43,189 nt of DNA from a virus: positions 1 through 43,189 of IMG/VR virus record IMGVR_UViG_3300029174_000003, one strand, 5' to 3'. Positions 31,999 through 40,242 of this stretch are shown here, piece by piece. The position numbers and the translations under genes are program-made. The notes below the pieces were generated by a model. The model was not told where the DNA came from, searched no databases, and worked only from the letters and a program-made list of their open reading frames with translations. Every line of letters starts with the position of its first letter. Within the stretch, counting starts at the first letter, position 1.

Positions 31999-32477
31999 AA
32001 AGCCTCCTCAATAGCTATTAAACGTGGGTCATTAAAATCTTTAGCTATAATTTGTTCTCTGATTGTCTCTGGGTCTTTCTCATTAGTAGCAGATACTGTA
32101 ACCCATACTACATCAGTTATAGCATAGCCAGCACGTTTAGTGCCGGGGCCTGTTACTACAATCTGTGGTGCAGTTAAAGTCTTGACACCGTCATCTGTAG
32201 TAACACGAATAGTTCCTTTAAGCAGAAAGTTAATCTGCCCTTGAAGGTGTATATGTCCAATTAGCACAGTATCAGCAGGGATACGAAGCTCTCTGGCATA
32301 TAGACCATCTGAAAAGTGGTGATGAACATCGCCGTCTGAAGTATCAGCACCAGGCATAGCTAACATTGCAGCTTCAAGACGCAGAATGCTTTCTTTATCA
32401 CACAGATGATTAAGAGTCGGCATATTAGTGCTTACTACATCACCATTAATAGAGCAGCTATATTTACCGAGTTTCAT
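31980..32477 (-). CDS. Cupin-fold protein (165 aa) inserted between the two paralogs
   Basis: DVHHHFSDGLYARELRIPADTVLIGHIH...FLLKGTIRV has a His-rich beta-barrel (cupin-like) pattern. There is ATGA coupling upstream. Confidence 0.55.
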   Translation of the reverse strand: MKLGKYSCSINGDVVSTNMPTLNHLCDKESILRLEAAMLAMPGADTSDGDVHHHFSDGLYARELRIPADTVLIGHIHLQGQINFLLKGTIRVTTDDGVKTLTAPQIVVTGPGTKRAGYAITDVVWVTVSATNEKDPETIREQIIAKDFNDPRLIAIEEALCLGVQ

Positions 32478-33079
32478 TTGTCGTCTCCAAAATAAGAGCT
32501 TAAACCTGTCTCAACAACAGAACCAACTGACTGAACAGCTGAGTTCCAGGCTTGACCAGAAGCAGAAGCCGCGGCATTAGCTCTTGAACGTGCACCAGCA
32601 GCTTGATCAGCTAAAGTCTGCGACACTTGCGGTGCTGGGCTAGCATTCATGCCTATAGACAAGAAGTTCATCTTGTCAGTAGCTGCTTGCACAGGAGCAT
32701 TACGACGAATCTTAGCTCTTTCAGATGCAGCAGACAAGTCAGCAGTAGAACGTAATTGAGTAGCAATACCGCTATCACTAAGACCTTGCTGAGCTAAATA
32801 CGTATTCAACTGGTCCATGGCACTATTGCGCTCTAATTCAAAGTTCTCCAGCCCAAGAGTCTCGTAGTAATCTGGACTAAGATTAGAGTAGTATGAAGAT
32901 AAGTTGTCCTGCACAGGACCATAAACATTCTTCCAGTCTTCATACTGCTGTTTAGCAAAGTCAAGTTGAGCTTGTTCGGCTTTAGAAGCTGACTTGGAGG
33001 CAGAACTAGATGCAGAGCTACCTAGCACTCCACCTACAATGCCACCAACAGCTTTAGTTATACCACCGAACAAGCCCAT
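32474..33079 (-). CDS. Virion-module protein, paralog 1 (201 aa)
   Basis: AGGAG SD. See 31396..31998. Confidence 0.8.
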   Translation of the reverse strand: MGLFGGITKAVGGIVGGVLGSSASSSASKSASKAEQAQLDFAKQQYEDWKNVYGPVQDNLSSYYSNLSPDYYETLGLENFELERNSAMDQLNTYLAQQGLSDSGIATQLRSTADLSAASERAKIRRNAPVQAATDKMNFLSIGMNASPAPQVSQTLADQAAGARSRANAAASASGQAWNSAVQSVGSVVETGLSSYFGDDK

Positions 33080-33088
33080 AAACTACTC

Positions 33089-33649
33089 CTAGTTATTCAG
33101 TTTGACCCATGAACTATTAACACCAATACGCATGAACACGTTTAAACCGCCACTATCTATACATACATACTGCCATACTGAATTATTAGTTTTTGTACTA
33201 TCAATATAGATATTGTATGTGTTTAGTGGTGACACAGTCATTGGTGGGTTCACCAAGTCAGAGCCCAAAGCCTGGAACTCTGAACGACCTTGTAATGTGT
33301 TCCAGGCAGAAGCATTAAAATCTTTATATACTGCTGAATCAATTATAGCTGTTGTCAGTATAGTATTCAGCTTATCAACTTCTTCTTGCATGTCTACAAG
33401 CTGGTCTGAATGGTCAGCTATTGCTTTTTCAACACCATCAAGAGCCTCTGTATTACTATTAGTTTGCTCCGTAGCTTCAGCAAGACTTGTTCCTTGCTCC
33501 TGAAAGTCTTTGTCAGTGACATATTTATTATCACCTTTATAACCAAGTACTTCGTCAAGGTTGTCTACCAACTCCCTTAAGAAACGCTTAAGGGAGTCTG
33601 GGTCTGCCAAGTCATAAGGTAACTGCACAATGGTTTGTGTGTTAGCCAC
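33089..33649 (-). CDS. Structural-module protein (186 aa), GTG start
   Basis: Track ORF. The start codon is GTG with GGAG 9 nt upstream, and there is no early in-frame ATG. The N-terminal half is acidic and helical. Confidence 0.6.
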   Translation of the reverse strand: MANTQTIVQLPYDLADPDSLKRFLRELVDNLDEVLGYKGDNKYVTDKDFQEQGTSLAEATEQTNSNTEALDGVEKAIADHSDQLVDMQEEVDKLNTILTTAIIDSAVYKDFNASAWNTLQGRSEFQALGSDLVNPPMTVSPLNTYNIYIDSTKTNNSVWQYVCIDSGGLNVFMRIGVNSSWVKLNN

Positions 33650-35531
33650 TGGACTGGTCTCCTATGACATACTCAAGTTCTGATACTTCACCAGTTCCCT
33701 CTAACTGAAACTGAATGTAGAAACCACGCTGTAATTCCTGAGGTACTTGAATAGTGAAAGAGTCTTCACCATTTAGTTCCTTAGTCTGCACAATTACGTC
33801 ATTTATTAATATATTTATTATAACATGTCCGCGCGAATAGAGAAATATTTTTTTATACGTCTTATTAGCAGTGAACTTACCTTCAGTAAAGCGCGCAGAC
33901 GTGAAATTAAAGCTAGCAGGCGTAGAGCCTGTAAAGAACTCCCACAACTTACCATCGCGATAACCGAACAATGAATCATTAGCTATAGCCAGTGAACTAA
34001 CATTCAAATCATACCTAGCTATAATACCGCCTTTGTAGCTAAGTATCTTATTGTTTGCCTCCATCAGGTAGTAGGCTTCATCGTATATAACTGAGTCAAT
34101 CGGGTTGAGGGTAATTTTACCGAGCTTGTCTTTAGTTATAACGATTGGCCTATTGCCTGATGAAGAGCAAAGTCCGTCAGTTGATGCCCACACAGCCTCT
34201 GTTGCTATCAACTGAACTGATTCGTAGGCAATACAACCCTGGTCACTACTCAATAAATATTGAGACAGTGAAGTAGGGCCAGTGCCAGTAACAATATAAG
34301 TACGATACTTTGTAAATACTAATATGCCATTAGCGACAGGGGCTATGCCTGTTAATGGTGCATCAAATTGCAGATAATAACTATCAGGCCATTGGTCTGG
34401 TTTACCTACCGGAGTAAACCTCAAGTAGGTATCTATAGCACCAAACAGCATAGCATAAGCTTCTTGCAGGTATTTAAGACCTTGCGGTGCAGGGAAAGCT
34501 ATAGTTGTATCTAATATATGCCCTTGTACAGCTGTATCTTTTATATTGTCAATAAACGAAGTAGTACCATTAGCTAATTGAGTCACTTGTGTAAACTCAC
34601 CAAGTAACCCACCTACCCTGTACAGCCGTTTATGTGTTACCTGAGGGTCTGCAGATACAGGAATATTACTTATAGCCGCATAACCGCCGTCAGACAAATC
34701 ATACTCTGCTGACACGTCTGATGGAGCAGACTCTGCACCATCATTGTTATTCAGGTAAGTAAGTACGTAAGTATACACACCAGACAGTCTACCAAATAAG
34801 TCATAGTTCAGCTGTTCATTCATACTGATGTCTTCAGTAGCATCAGTTATAGTAGAAGTAAACAGTCCAACTAAGTAGAACTTACCAGCGTACTGGCGAA
34901 AGAGCTTGAAGCCGACAGACCCAGCAGTAACACCTTTGATATTTGACACACGCACTTGACGTTTAGCAGAGCTAGTAGAACTGCTATCAATCTTCTGGCG
35001 AATCTCAGGGTTATTAGTTGCTGCAGCAATAGTTGTCACACGATCACGAGTATCAACTTGAAAATGAAAAGCGTTAGAATAGCCGTTAGACCCTTGGTTA
35101 ATCAGCAAATAGTACTGAGTTTCCATAGGCAAGCCAGCCGGTTGGCTTAGCGGCTCAATCTTAACGTCTTCAACTGTAGCAGGGTTAACAGTTAATTGTA
35201 CCGTTTCTAGTTTAGGTGGCTTGTCTATGCCAAGACCTGTTTGAGTACCACCTGGTGTAAGCTTCTGTGGTCTGGTAACCCTGTCAGTCCAATATAAATT
35301 CTTTTGGAATTCTATATAGTCACGTGGTTCATCAGAATCAACCCAACGATTGCCAGCATTAAACCATTGATGATAACGTTTTATGCTTACATCTGTTTCT
35401 TTAGGCATGCTTATAGGAGCTAAAGAACCTACGTCATAGTCCAGATTCTCATAGACTACACCTTGATTTGCATCAATATACTGAGGTCTAAGCTTTGAGC
35501 TCTCCCCGCCATTGAACAACTGTAGTTTCAT
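33642..35531 (-). CDS. Putative tail tube/nozzle protein (629 aa)
   Basis: Track ORF trimmed to ATG 35531 (GAGGT upstream). The function is inferred only from size and its position after the capsid genes. Confidence 0.45.
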   Translation of the reverse strand: MKLQLFNGGESSKLRPQYIDANQGVVYENLDYDVGSLAPISMPKETDVSIKRYHQWFNAGNRWVDSDEPRDYIEFQKNLYWTDRVTRPQKLTPGGTQTGLGIDKPPKLETVQLTVNPATVEDVKIEPLSQPAGLPMETQYYLLINQGSNGYSNAFHFQVDTRDRVTTIAAATNNPEIRQKIDSSSTSSAKRQVRVSNIKGVTAGSVGFKLFRQYAGKFYLVGLFTSTITDATEDISMNEQLNYDLFGRLSGVYTYVLTYLNNNDGAESAPSDVSAEYDLSDGGYAAISNIPVSADPQVTHKRLYRVGGLLGEFTQVTQLANGTTSFIDNIKDTAVQGHILDTTIAFPAPQGLKYLQEAYAMLFGAIDTYLRFTPVGKPDQWPDSYYLQFDAPLTGIAPVANGILVFTKYRTYIVTGTGPTSLSQYLLSSDQGCIAYESVQLIATEAVWASTDGLCSSSGNRPIVITKDKLGKITLNPIDSVIYDEAYYLMEANNKILSYKGGIIARYDLNVSSLAIANDSLFGYRDGKLWEFFTGSTPASFNFTSARFTEGKFTANKTYKKIFLYSRGHVIINILINDVIVQTKELNGEDSFTIQVPQELQRGFYIQFQLEGTGEVSELEYVIGDQSSG

Positions 35532-35538
35532 ACTTACC

Positions 35539-36546
35539 TCAGTTTCCAAATGCGTTTATATAGTTAGGCGTGTACTGCGTAGCTCTTGTTCCATCAGTCT
35601 CATCAGTAGGATAGCCAACAGTTTGAAGCTCACGTTGGTACATAGCCATAGCATCACCTGCTCTAGCCTGATACTGAGAGTCTAAGTCATCAGAGTATGC
35701 CTGACCAACCACGTAGTATTTAAGCGCAGTATCAAAGATTGGCGATACTAAAAGCTCATCACTAACTAAGACTAAAGGAGCAGGGTCTTTAATATAGTTT
35801 ATATGTAGCAGACCAGTAGTAACAGTTATGCCTGTTACAACGCCAAATAAGTCTGTAAACTTAACCTCGCCTGGCCATGACTTATAGTCTGACTCAAGAG
35901 TTATACCAGTAACTACACCAAATATAGGCATAACTGCTATACCGTCTATAGAAGTTGTTACACCAAACAAAGACTCAGTAGTCTCTGGTACAACGTCTAT
36001 AATACCGCCTGCTGCTGTGTATATCTGAGCAAGAGGTAAAGGAAGCTGGATGTCAAGAATGCCTAATTGAGCTATTAGGTCATGAATAGTCTGAATCTGT
36101 TCAGCTGTTAAGCCATTAGGGTCCAGAACTAAAGGATTGTCAGACAGAAATACATAGCTCTCGATTGTATGTGTTTTATCAGGCCGAGGATAAATACGTA
36201 TCTCTTGGATATTACGCTTGTCATAGACAAGTGCTTCTACCTTATCGCCAAACCTGGTGAACCATGAGCAGTCCTTAGCATCCATTCTATCATATGACAT
36301 GAGTGGAATAGGAAGGTTATCGAAGCTGGCACGGGTTATCAACCACAAGTCTGAAGGCAGATTGTAGATAGGCTGAGCCAAGTCAAGAACAATGTCTAAC
36401 TCAGCTTTAAGAAGACGGGTCTGGCGAGCAATATCTCGTTGACCTTCACTTACTGCATCTAACAGACGTGCATCAGAGTAGCGTTCTTTATTAGGGTCTG
36501 CTAGTGAATAGCGAGCTTTCTGCAGAATACTCTCTATACGTGTCAT
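35539..36546 (-). CDS. Putative head-tail adaptor/tail protein (335 aa)
   Basis: The track ORF (to 36609) runs through a terminator, so I trimmed it to ATG 36546 (AGGAG upstream). The N-terminal pattern is ARYSLADPNKERYSDARLLDAVSEGQRDIA. The function is positional inference. Confidence 0.45.
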   Translation of the reverse strand: MTRIESILQKARYSLADPNKERYSDARLLDAVSEGQRDIARQTRLLKAELDIVLDLAQPIYNLPSDLWLITRASFDNLPIPLMSYDRMDAKDCSWFTRFGDKVEALVYDKRNIQEIRIYPRPDKTHTIESYVFLSDNPLVLDPNGLTAEQIQTIHDLIAQLGILDIQLPLPLAQIYTAAGGIIDVVPETTESLFGVTTSIDGIAVMPIFGVVTGITLESDYKSWPGEVKFTDLFGVVTGITVTTGLLHINYIKDPAPLVLVSDELLVSPIFDTALKYYVVGQAYSDDLDSQYQARAGDAMAMYQRELQTVGYPTDETDGTRATQYTPNYINAFGN

Positions 36547-36560
36547 TAGTATGCTCCTAA

Positions 36561-36592
36561 GCAAAAAGCCCTCCTCCAGTGAAGGAGGAGGG
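36561..36592 (-). terminator. Rho-independent terminator after the decoration-like gene
   Basis: On the minus strand, ccctcctcc ttcact ggaggaggg (a 9-bp stem) is followed by cttttt. Confidence 0.85.
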
Positions 36593-36609
36593 TTAGCACA
36601 AGCACCCAA

Positions 36610-37059
36610 TTAGAATTGAGTGTATTCCCCGGACGTTTTACGGAATTCGCAGTACTCAACAACCACGGTAAAGCTACCATAGTTGGTGGTAGCGCCAGTA
36701 TACACGAGGGTCATGTACACAGGCATGCCTGTACCGGTTTTCAGTTTGCCTACCAGAGTGCCAGATACACCAACAGCAGTCTTGATGTCCACTGCAGCCA
36801 TAATCTGAGCACCGCCTTCAGCAGTACCTAGTGCGACAGTTGCAGCCGTGGCTGCGTTAGATACTCCGTCGATAACGACATAAGCATCAGTAATAACTGC
36901 GTCCTGCGGCAAGTTAGCAACATAATAGTTGCCTGCCGGAGTTGCAGCGCCGAGTGCGGCAGCTTGAGCGCGGAAGTCGTCACCTACATGCACTGACAGT
37001 ACACGTTTGACTTTCTTCTGAGCCAGCGTACCAACAGTTGTTACTTTGGTATTAGCCAT
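36610..37059 (-). CDS. Putative capsid decoration/auxiliary head protein (149 aa)
   Basis: Track ORF trimmed to ATG 37059 (MANTKV...). It has high-expression codon usage and lies immediately after the major capsid gene. It is Gly/Ala/Thr-rich and looks beta-type. Confidence 0.5.
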   Translation of the reverse strand: MANTKVTTVGTLAQKKVKRVLSVHVGDDFRAQAAALGAATPAGNYYVANLPQDAVITDAYVVIDGVSNAATAATVALGTAEGGAQIMAAVDIKTAVGVSGTLVGKLKTGTGMPVYMTLVYTGATTNYGSFTVVVEYCEFRKTSGEYTQF

Positions 37060-37080
37060 GCTATTTAGCCCCTTGAAAGA

Positions 37081-37106
37081 AATTAACAAACGGGTGTTGC
37101 CACCCG
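37081..37106 (-). terminator. Leaky rho-independent terminator after the major capsid gene
   Basis: On the minus strand, cgggtg gcaa cacccg is followed by tttgttaatt. Confidence 0.7.
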
Positions 37107-37118
37107 ACTGTCGTTAAA

Positions 37119-38261
37119 TTATGGTGATACCTTCACGTCCAGAGCAATAACGCCCCAGTCGATACCGGTGACTTTGGCCTGTTTGTAATCGGTGTCTTCA
37201 GCCTGCAGGAAGGACTTACGGAAGTCACACCATACTTCAAGGCAAGACTCTGACTTAATTGCAAAGTCTTCAGACTCTTGTACTTTATAGTCAGGTTGTT
37301 TGCCCCAGGCAGTCATCAGAGCGCCGGCACCCAGAATCAGGTTGCGAGAATATAGGTTAGCTGCAGCATAGCTGAAGCCTGCCTGACCAGTCCACGCACC
37401 GTTAGTCTTATCCCACTGACGCAGACCAGACATTTCAACAGTGGTATCTTGCAAGCCCCAGCCGGTAGCTGCTGTGCCAGAAGTTTCACCGAAGAAGTTA
37501 GGCGCACAGACAACCAGCAGAGCGCCAACACGCTTGATTTCGCCAGACAGAGTACGGTTACCATTACCACGAGGGTCGGCAACAGCAACAATGCTGGTCC
37601 AGCGCTGGTCTTTACGCAGTTTAGCTGCAGTGGAAGCGTCCAGGATTACCAGCCACACCGGGTCAGACTCGTTCAGGTTCCACGGTTTCAACGGGCGACG
37701 CACGCCACCAGTAGTAAAGCCCTGGGAAGTACGCAGAGTGGTTTCGATGTCAATCAGCGTGTCGTAAGTGAACGTGGTCACATCGATTGTGTGAGTCGCT
37801 GCCTGACGGCCGCTTGTTACAGTCTGCAGGTTACCCTGCGCAGCATCAAAGATGCCCTGGTCTTTCCAGCGAATGAAAAGGTCTGCCAGTTTATTACGAG
37901 AATCGGAGTGCTCGTTAATAGACAGGTCACCAATGTCAACGCCATCAAACTTATCGCCGTTGTCAACGACCAGACGGAAACGCTCGACTGTTACTTTGTC
38001 AGAGAATTTCTTTTTCTGCTCGCCCTTACCAAAGGCAGTGTCTTTGCCTTTGATAGCTTTACCAGCCAGGTTGCCATCATAGTCAAACACAACAGTGTGA
38101 CCAGAAGCAGCTGATTCGTTTTTAGCCTGGAACACAACGCCATTAGCGTTATTGGCAGTCATGCCGTTCCAGAATGATTTACTTGCCGCTTGCACCAGCC
38201 CTTCACGCATCCACGCTTTACGCTTCAGGTCAGAGCCCGGGCGAACTACGCCTGTACCCAT
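37119..38261 (-). CDS. Major capsid protein (380 aa)
   Basis: It has the strongest codon bias in the window and follows the scaffold gene. The N-terminal LKRKAWMREGLVQAASKSFW pattern resembles N4-gp56-type (HK97-fold) capsid proteins as I recall them. Confidence 0.85.
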   Translation of the reverse strand: MGTGVVRPGSDLKRKAWMREGLVQAASKSFWNGMTANNANGVVFQAKNESAASGHTVVFDYDGNLAGKAIKGKDTAFGKGEQKKKFSDKVTVERFRLVVDNGDKFDGVDIGDLSINEHSDSRNKLADLFIRWKDQGIFDAAQGNLQTVTSGRQAATHTIDVTTFTYDTLIDIETTLRTSQGFTTGGVRRPLKPWNLNESDPVWLVILDASTAAKLRKDQRWTSIVAVADPRGNGNRTLSGEIKRVGALLVVCAPNFFGETSGTAATGWGLQDTTVEMSGLRQWDKTNGAWTGQAGFSYAAANLYSRNLILGAGALMTAWGKQPDYKVQESEDFAIKSESCLEVWCDFRKSFLQAEDTDYKQAKVTGIDWGVIALDVKVSP

Positions 38262-38328
38262 GATTATATCCTCTGTTAGTTTATGGTTGATTATGCTAGT
38301 CAGAGATTCCGGGCTGGAGTCTGAAGGT

Positions 38329-38373
38329 GTTCAGCAACTTATAGCATGTATACATGGATATTAGTTGCTGAAC
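38329..38373 (-). promoter_or_regulatory. 45-bp nested palindrome at the 5' end of the capsid transcript (operator or 5' stem-loop)
   Basis: An 11-bp perfect stem: gttcagcaact (38329-38339) pairs with agttgctgaac (38363-38373). The loop contains the 12-bp palindrome catgtatacatg (38345-38356). Confidence 0.7.
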
Positions 38374-38385
38374 TTGCATAATAAA

Positions 38386-38414
38386 ATTATGACACATTAT
38401 TAAACGAAAGTAAA
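38386..38414 (-). promoter_or_regulatory. Sigma70-type promoter for the capsid gene (TTTACT, 17 bp, TGtCATAAT on the minus strand)
   Basis: On the plus strand the -35 is agtaaa at 38409-38414 and the -10 is attatg at 38386-38391. Confidence 0.55.
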
Positions 38415-38433
38415 CTTATTAATATTAATATTT

Positions 38434-38982
38434 TTAAGTCTGGTTAACAATCCGCTGAACCAGTATCCTTAAAGCAGTAATGGTGATAGTTTGACCACTA
38501 TCATTGAAGATGCCTAACTGAATACCAGTTACTGAAAACGGGTCAGTGACACCATCAGTGAATGTAACTAATGAAGTGTCTCGGTTTGAAATATCGTTTG
38601 CTATCAGGCCAATTTTTACGTCACATTCTGACCCTACAATAGTAGTACCATCAGTACGTCTGGTTTGAGTGTACCACTCACGAGCTAAACCTAGTCCACC
38701 AGTAATAGTACCAGTAATACGAACAGTAAATACTACACCGGTTTTCTTGGCGATAGCTGGAAATAAGATTGCATTAGATGCAATGCTTGTTCCCGCAGTT
38801 CCACCAGCTGTCTTGGTTAGTGCAGCTAATGAAGCTAGGTTAAAATATACACCAGGTGCAGTACCTGCAATATTCTGCGTACCAGTCCAGGTAAAAATAT
38901 CATGCAGATAGTTATCTTGTACAGTGCCTGGAGGAACAACTACTGTTGGTTCTTGACCTGTCTGTGGGCTTTGAACTAACAT
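38434..38982 (-). CDS. Structural-module protein (182 aa), function unknown
   Basis: Track ORF trimmed to ATG 38982 (AGGAGG upstream). It is Thr/Gly-rich and looks beta-type. Confidence 0.7.
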   Translation of the reverse strand: MLVQSPQTGQEPTVVVPPGTVQDNYLHDIFTWTGTQNIAGTAPGVYFNLASLAALTKTAGGTAGTSIASNAILFPAIAKKTGVVFTVRITGTITGGLGLAREWYTQTRRTDGTTIVGSECDVKIGLIANDISNRDTSLVTFTDGVTDPFSVTGIQLGIFNDSGQTITITALRILVQRIVNQT

Positions 38983-38983
38983 G

Positions 38984-39232
38984 TTAGCCTCCTGACACAA
39001 CTAAAGTTGCAGAAGAGCCTACTGCACGCGCCCATACGACAGAAGGAGGAGTTGCTACCCAAGCCAAATCACCTTGCTGAACCAGGTGCCCTGTAAAATC
39101 AGCTGTAGGTTGCGCAGTGCTATCAGCCAGACTAACATCGCCATCAAAGACTGTAATAGTCTTAGTCGTTGTACCATCAGTAATCTGGGTCCAGGCTCGT
39201 GTCAGTTTAGTGTTAACAGTTGTCTGTGGCAT
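38984..39232 (-). CDS. Structural-module protein (82 aa), function unknown
   Basis: Track ORF with AGGAGG upstream. Confidence 0.65.
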   Translation of the reverse strand: MPQTTVNTKLTRAWTQITDGTTTKTITVFDGDVSLADSTAQPTADFTGHLVQQGDLAWVATPPSVVWARAVGSSATLVVSGG

Positions 39233-39247
39233 AACTCCTCCTATCTG

Positions 39248-39976
39248 TTAATAGATTTCGTCGATGTACTGCGTTTTAGACGCCTCAGCAATAGCACTAC
39301 CATCAGGTAGGCTACCACCAGGCGCCTTGCTTAAGTCAATACCACCGTTTGGTTTCTCTTCAGTCGGCTTAACAACACGACCTTTAGTCATATACTCAGC
39401 AACCTTAGCTAAGAAATCACCAAAGTTAATTTCACCAGATTCAAGTTGCTTAGTAATGCGAGGCGGGATGTCATTCTGGATAACGTCGTCAGTGAGTTTC
39501 AAGTCGGGGTGTGCTTCACTGAACTCTTGCAGAGCGCGCTGACGGTATTCTACTTCAGACTCACCAACAGATTTCTGCTGAATAGTCTTACGCGTTTCAT
39601 TGAAGGCGGTCTGACGGGCATTCTCAAGCTCATTTAGCTTAATGCGCCATGCTTCAGGGTCTGTTACCTTAAGTTCTTCCAGTTCAGCCTGTTGTTCAGT
39701 GGTCAGAGAAGAAGCAAAGTCTTTCTGCCAGCCTTCAGCTAAGTGTTTGTTCTCAGCTTCCAGCCGCGCTTTCTCTTGAGCAGTGCGGGTGTATGCTGCT
39801 TGAGTGTCACGACGACGCTTTTCTGCGTTGACTGCATATAACAGTGCTTCGTTGTTCTTGTCAACACTTTCAGGTAAAATCCATTTGCCATCTTCGCCTT
39901 TAGTCATTTGACCCACAACTTCGTTAACTGTATCAGCAAATGATTTAGTCTGAGTGTCTTGGTCTGGAGTACTCAT
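39248..39976 (-). CDS. Putative scaffolding protein (242 aa)
   Basis: It is the first gene of the structural operon, upstream of the capsid gene. It is highly charged, with long coiled-coil-like helices (RRRDTQAAYTRTAQEKARLEAENKHLAEGW...). Confidence 0.6.
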   Translation of the reverse strand: MSTPDQDTQTKSFADTVNEVVGQMTKGEDGKWILPESVDKNNEALLYAVNAEKRRRDTQAAYTRTAQEKARLEAENKHLAEGWQKDFASSLTTEQQAELEELKVTDPEAWRIKLNELENARQTAFNETRKTIQQKSVGESEVEYRQRALQEFSEAHPDLKLTDDVIQNDIPPRITKQLESGEINFGDFLAKVAEYMTKGRVVKPTEEKPNGGIDLSKAPGGSLPDGSAIAEASKTQYIDEIY

Positions 39977-40008
39977 TTTGTAGTTCCTGTTTAGTGGATT
40001 GTGATTAA

Positions 40009-40037
40009 ATTATACATCAGATATGTACAAACGTAAA
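40009..40037 (-). promoter_or_regulatory. Sigma70-type promoter of the structural operon (TTTACG, 17 bp, TATAAT on the minus strand)
   Basis: On the plus strand cgtaaa lies at 40032-40037 and attata at 40009-40014. It overlaps the divergent plus-strand promoter. Confidence 0.55.
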
Positions 40038-40052
40038 CATACGGATTATAAT
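40024..40052 (+). promoter_or_regulatory. Sigma70-type promoter of the terminase operon (TGTACA 40024-40029, 17 bp, TATAAT 40047-40052)
   Basis: Read directly. Confidence 0.55.
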
Positions 40053-40080
40053 ATTTTTATTAAGAAACGAGGAGCTAAAT

Positions 40081-40242
40081 ATGGCAGTCTACACATTCTC
40101 AACTAAAACTAAAAAACCCGAAGATGATGAAGTTGTTCAACAAGTAAAGAAGTATTGCGAGGACCGCAACATCAACTTCAGTGCCATTGTAGTGGAACAG
40201 CTCCGTAAGTTTCAGGAGGACGTAGTCCATGGCAATATCTGA
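40081..40242 (+). CDS. Small ribbon-helix-helix-like protein (53 aa)
   Basis: Not in the track. ATG 40081 has GAGGAG upstream. MAVYTFSTKTKKPEDDEVVQQVKKYCEDRNINFSAIVVEQLRKF has a beta-strand/helix/helix layout typical of CopG/Arc proteins. Confidence 0.5.
   Translation: MAVYTFSTKTKKPEDDEVVQQVKKYCEDRNINFSAIVVEQLRKFQEDVVHGNI

Noticed and set aside
37449-38114. Long antisense ORFs inside codon-biased genes (for example 37449..38114+, 37441..37767+, 11361..11789-, 9157..9606-, 26320..26787+, 4349..4684-, 4575..4907+, 41073..41501-)
   Set aside because: They lie wholly within stronger, motif-bearing genes on the other strand or frame, lack SD sequences and have low-complexity translations. They are typical shadow ORFs.
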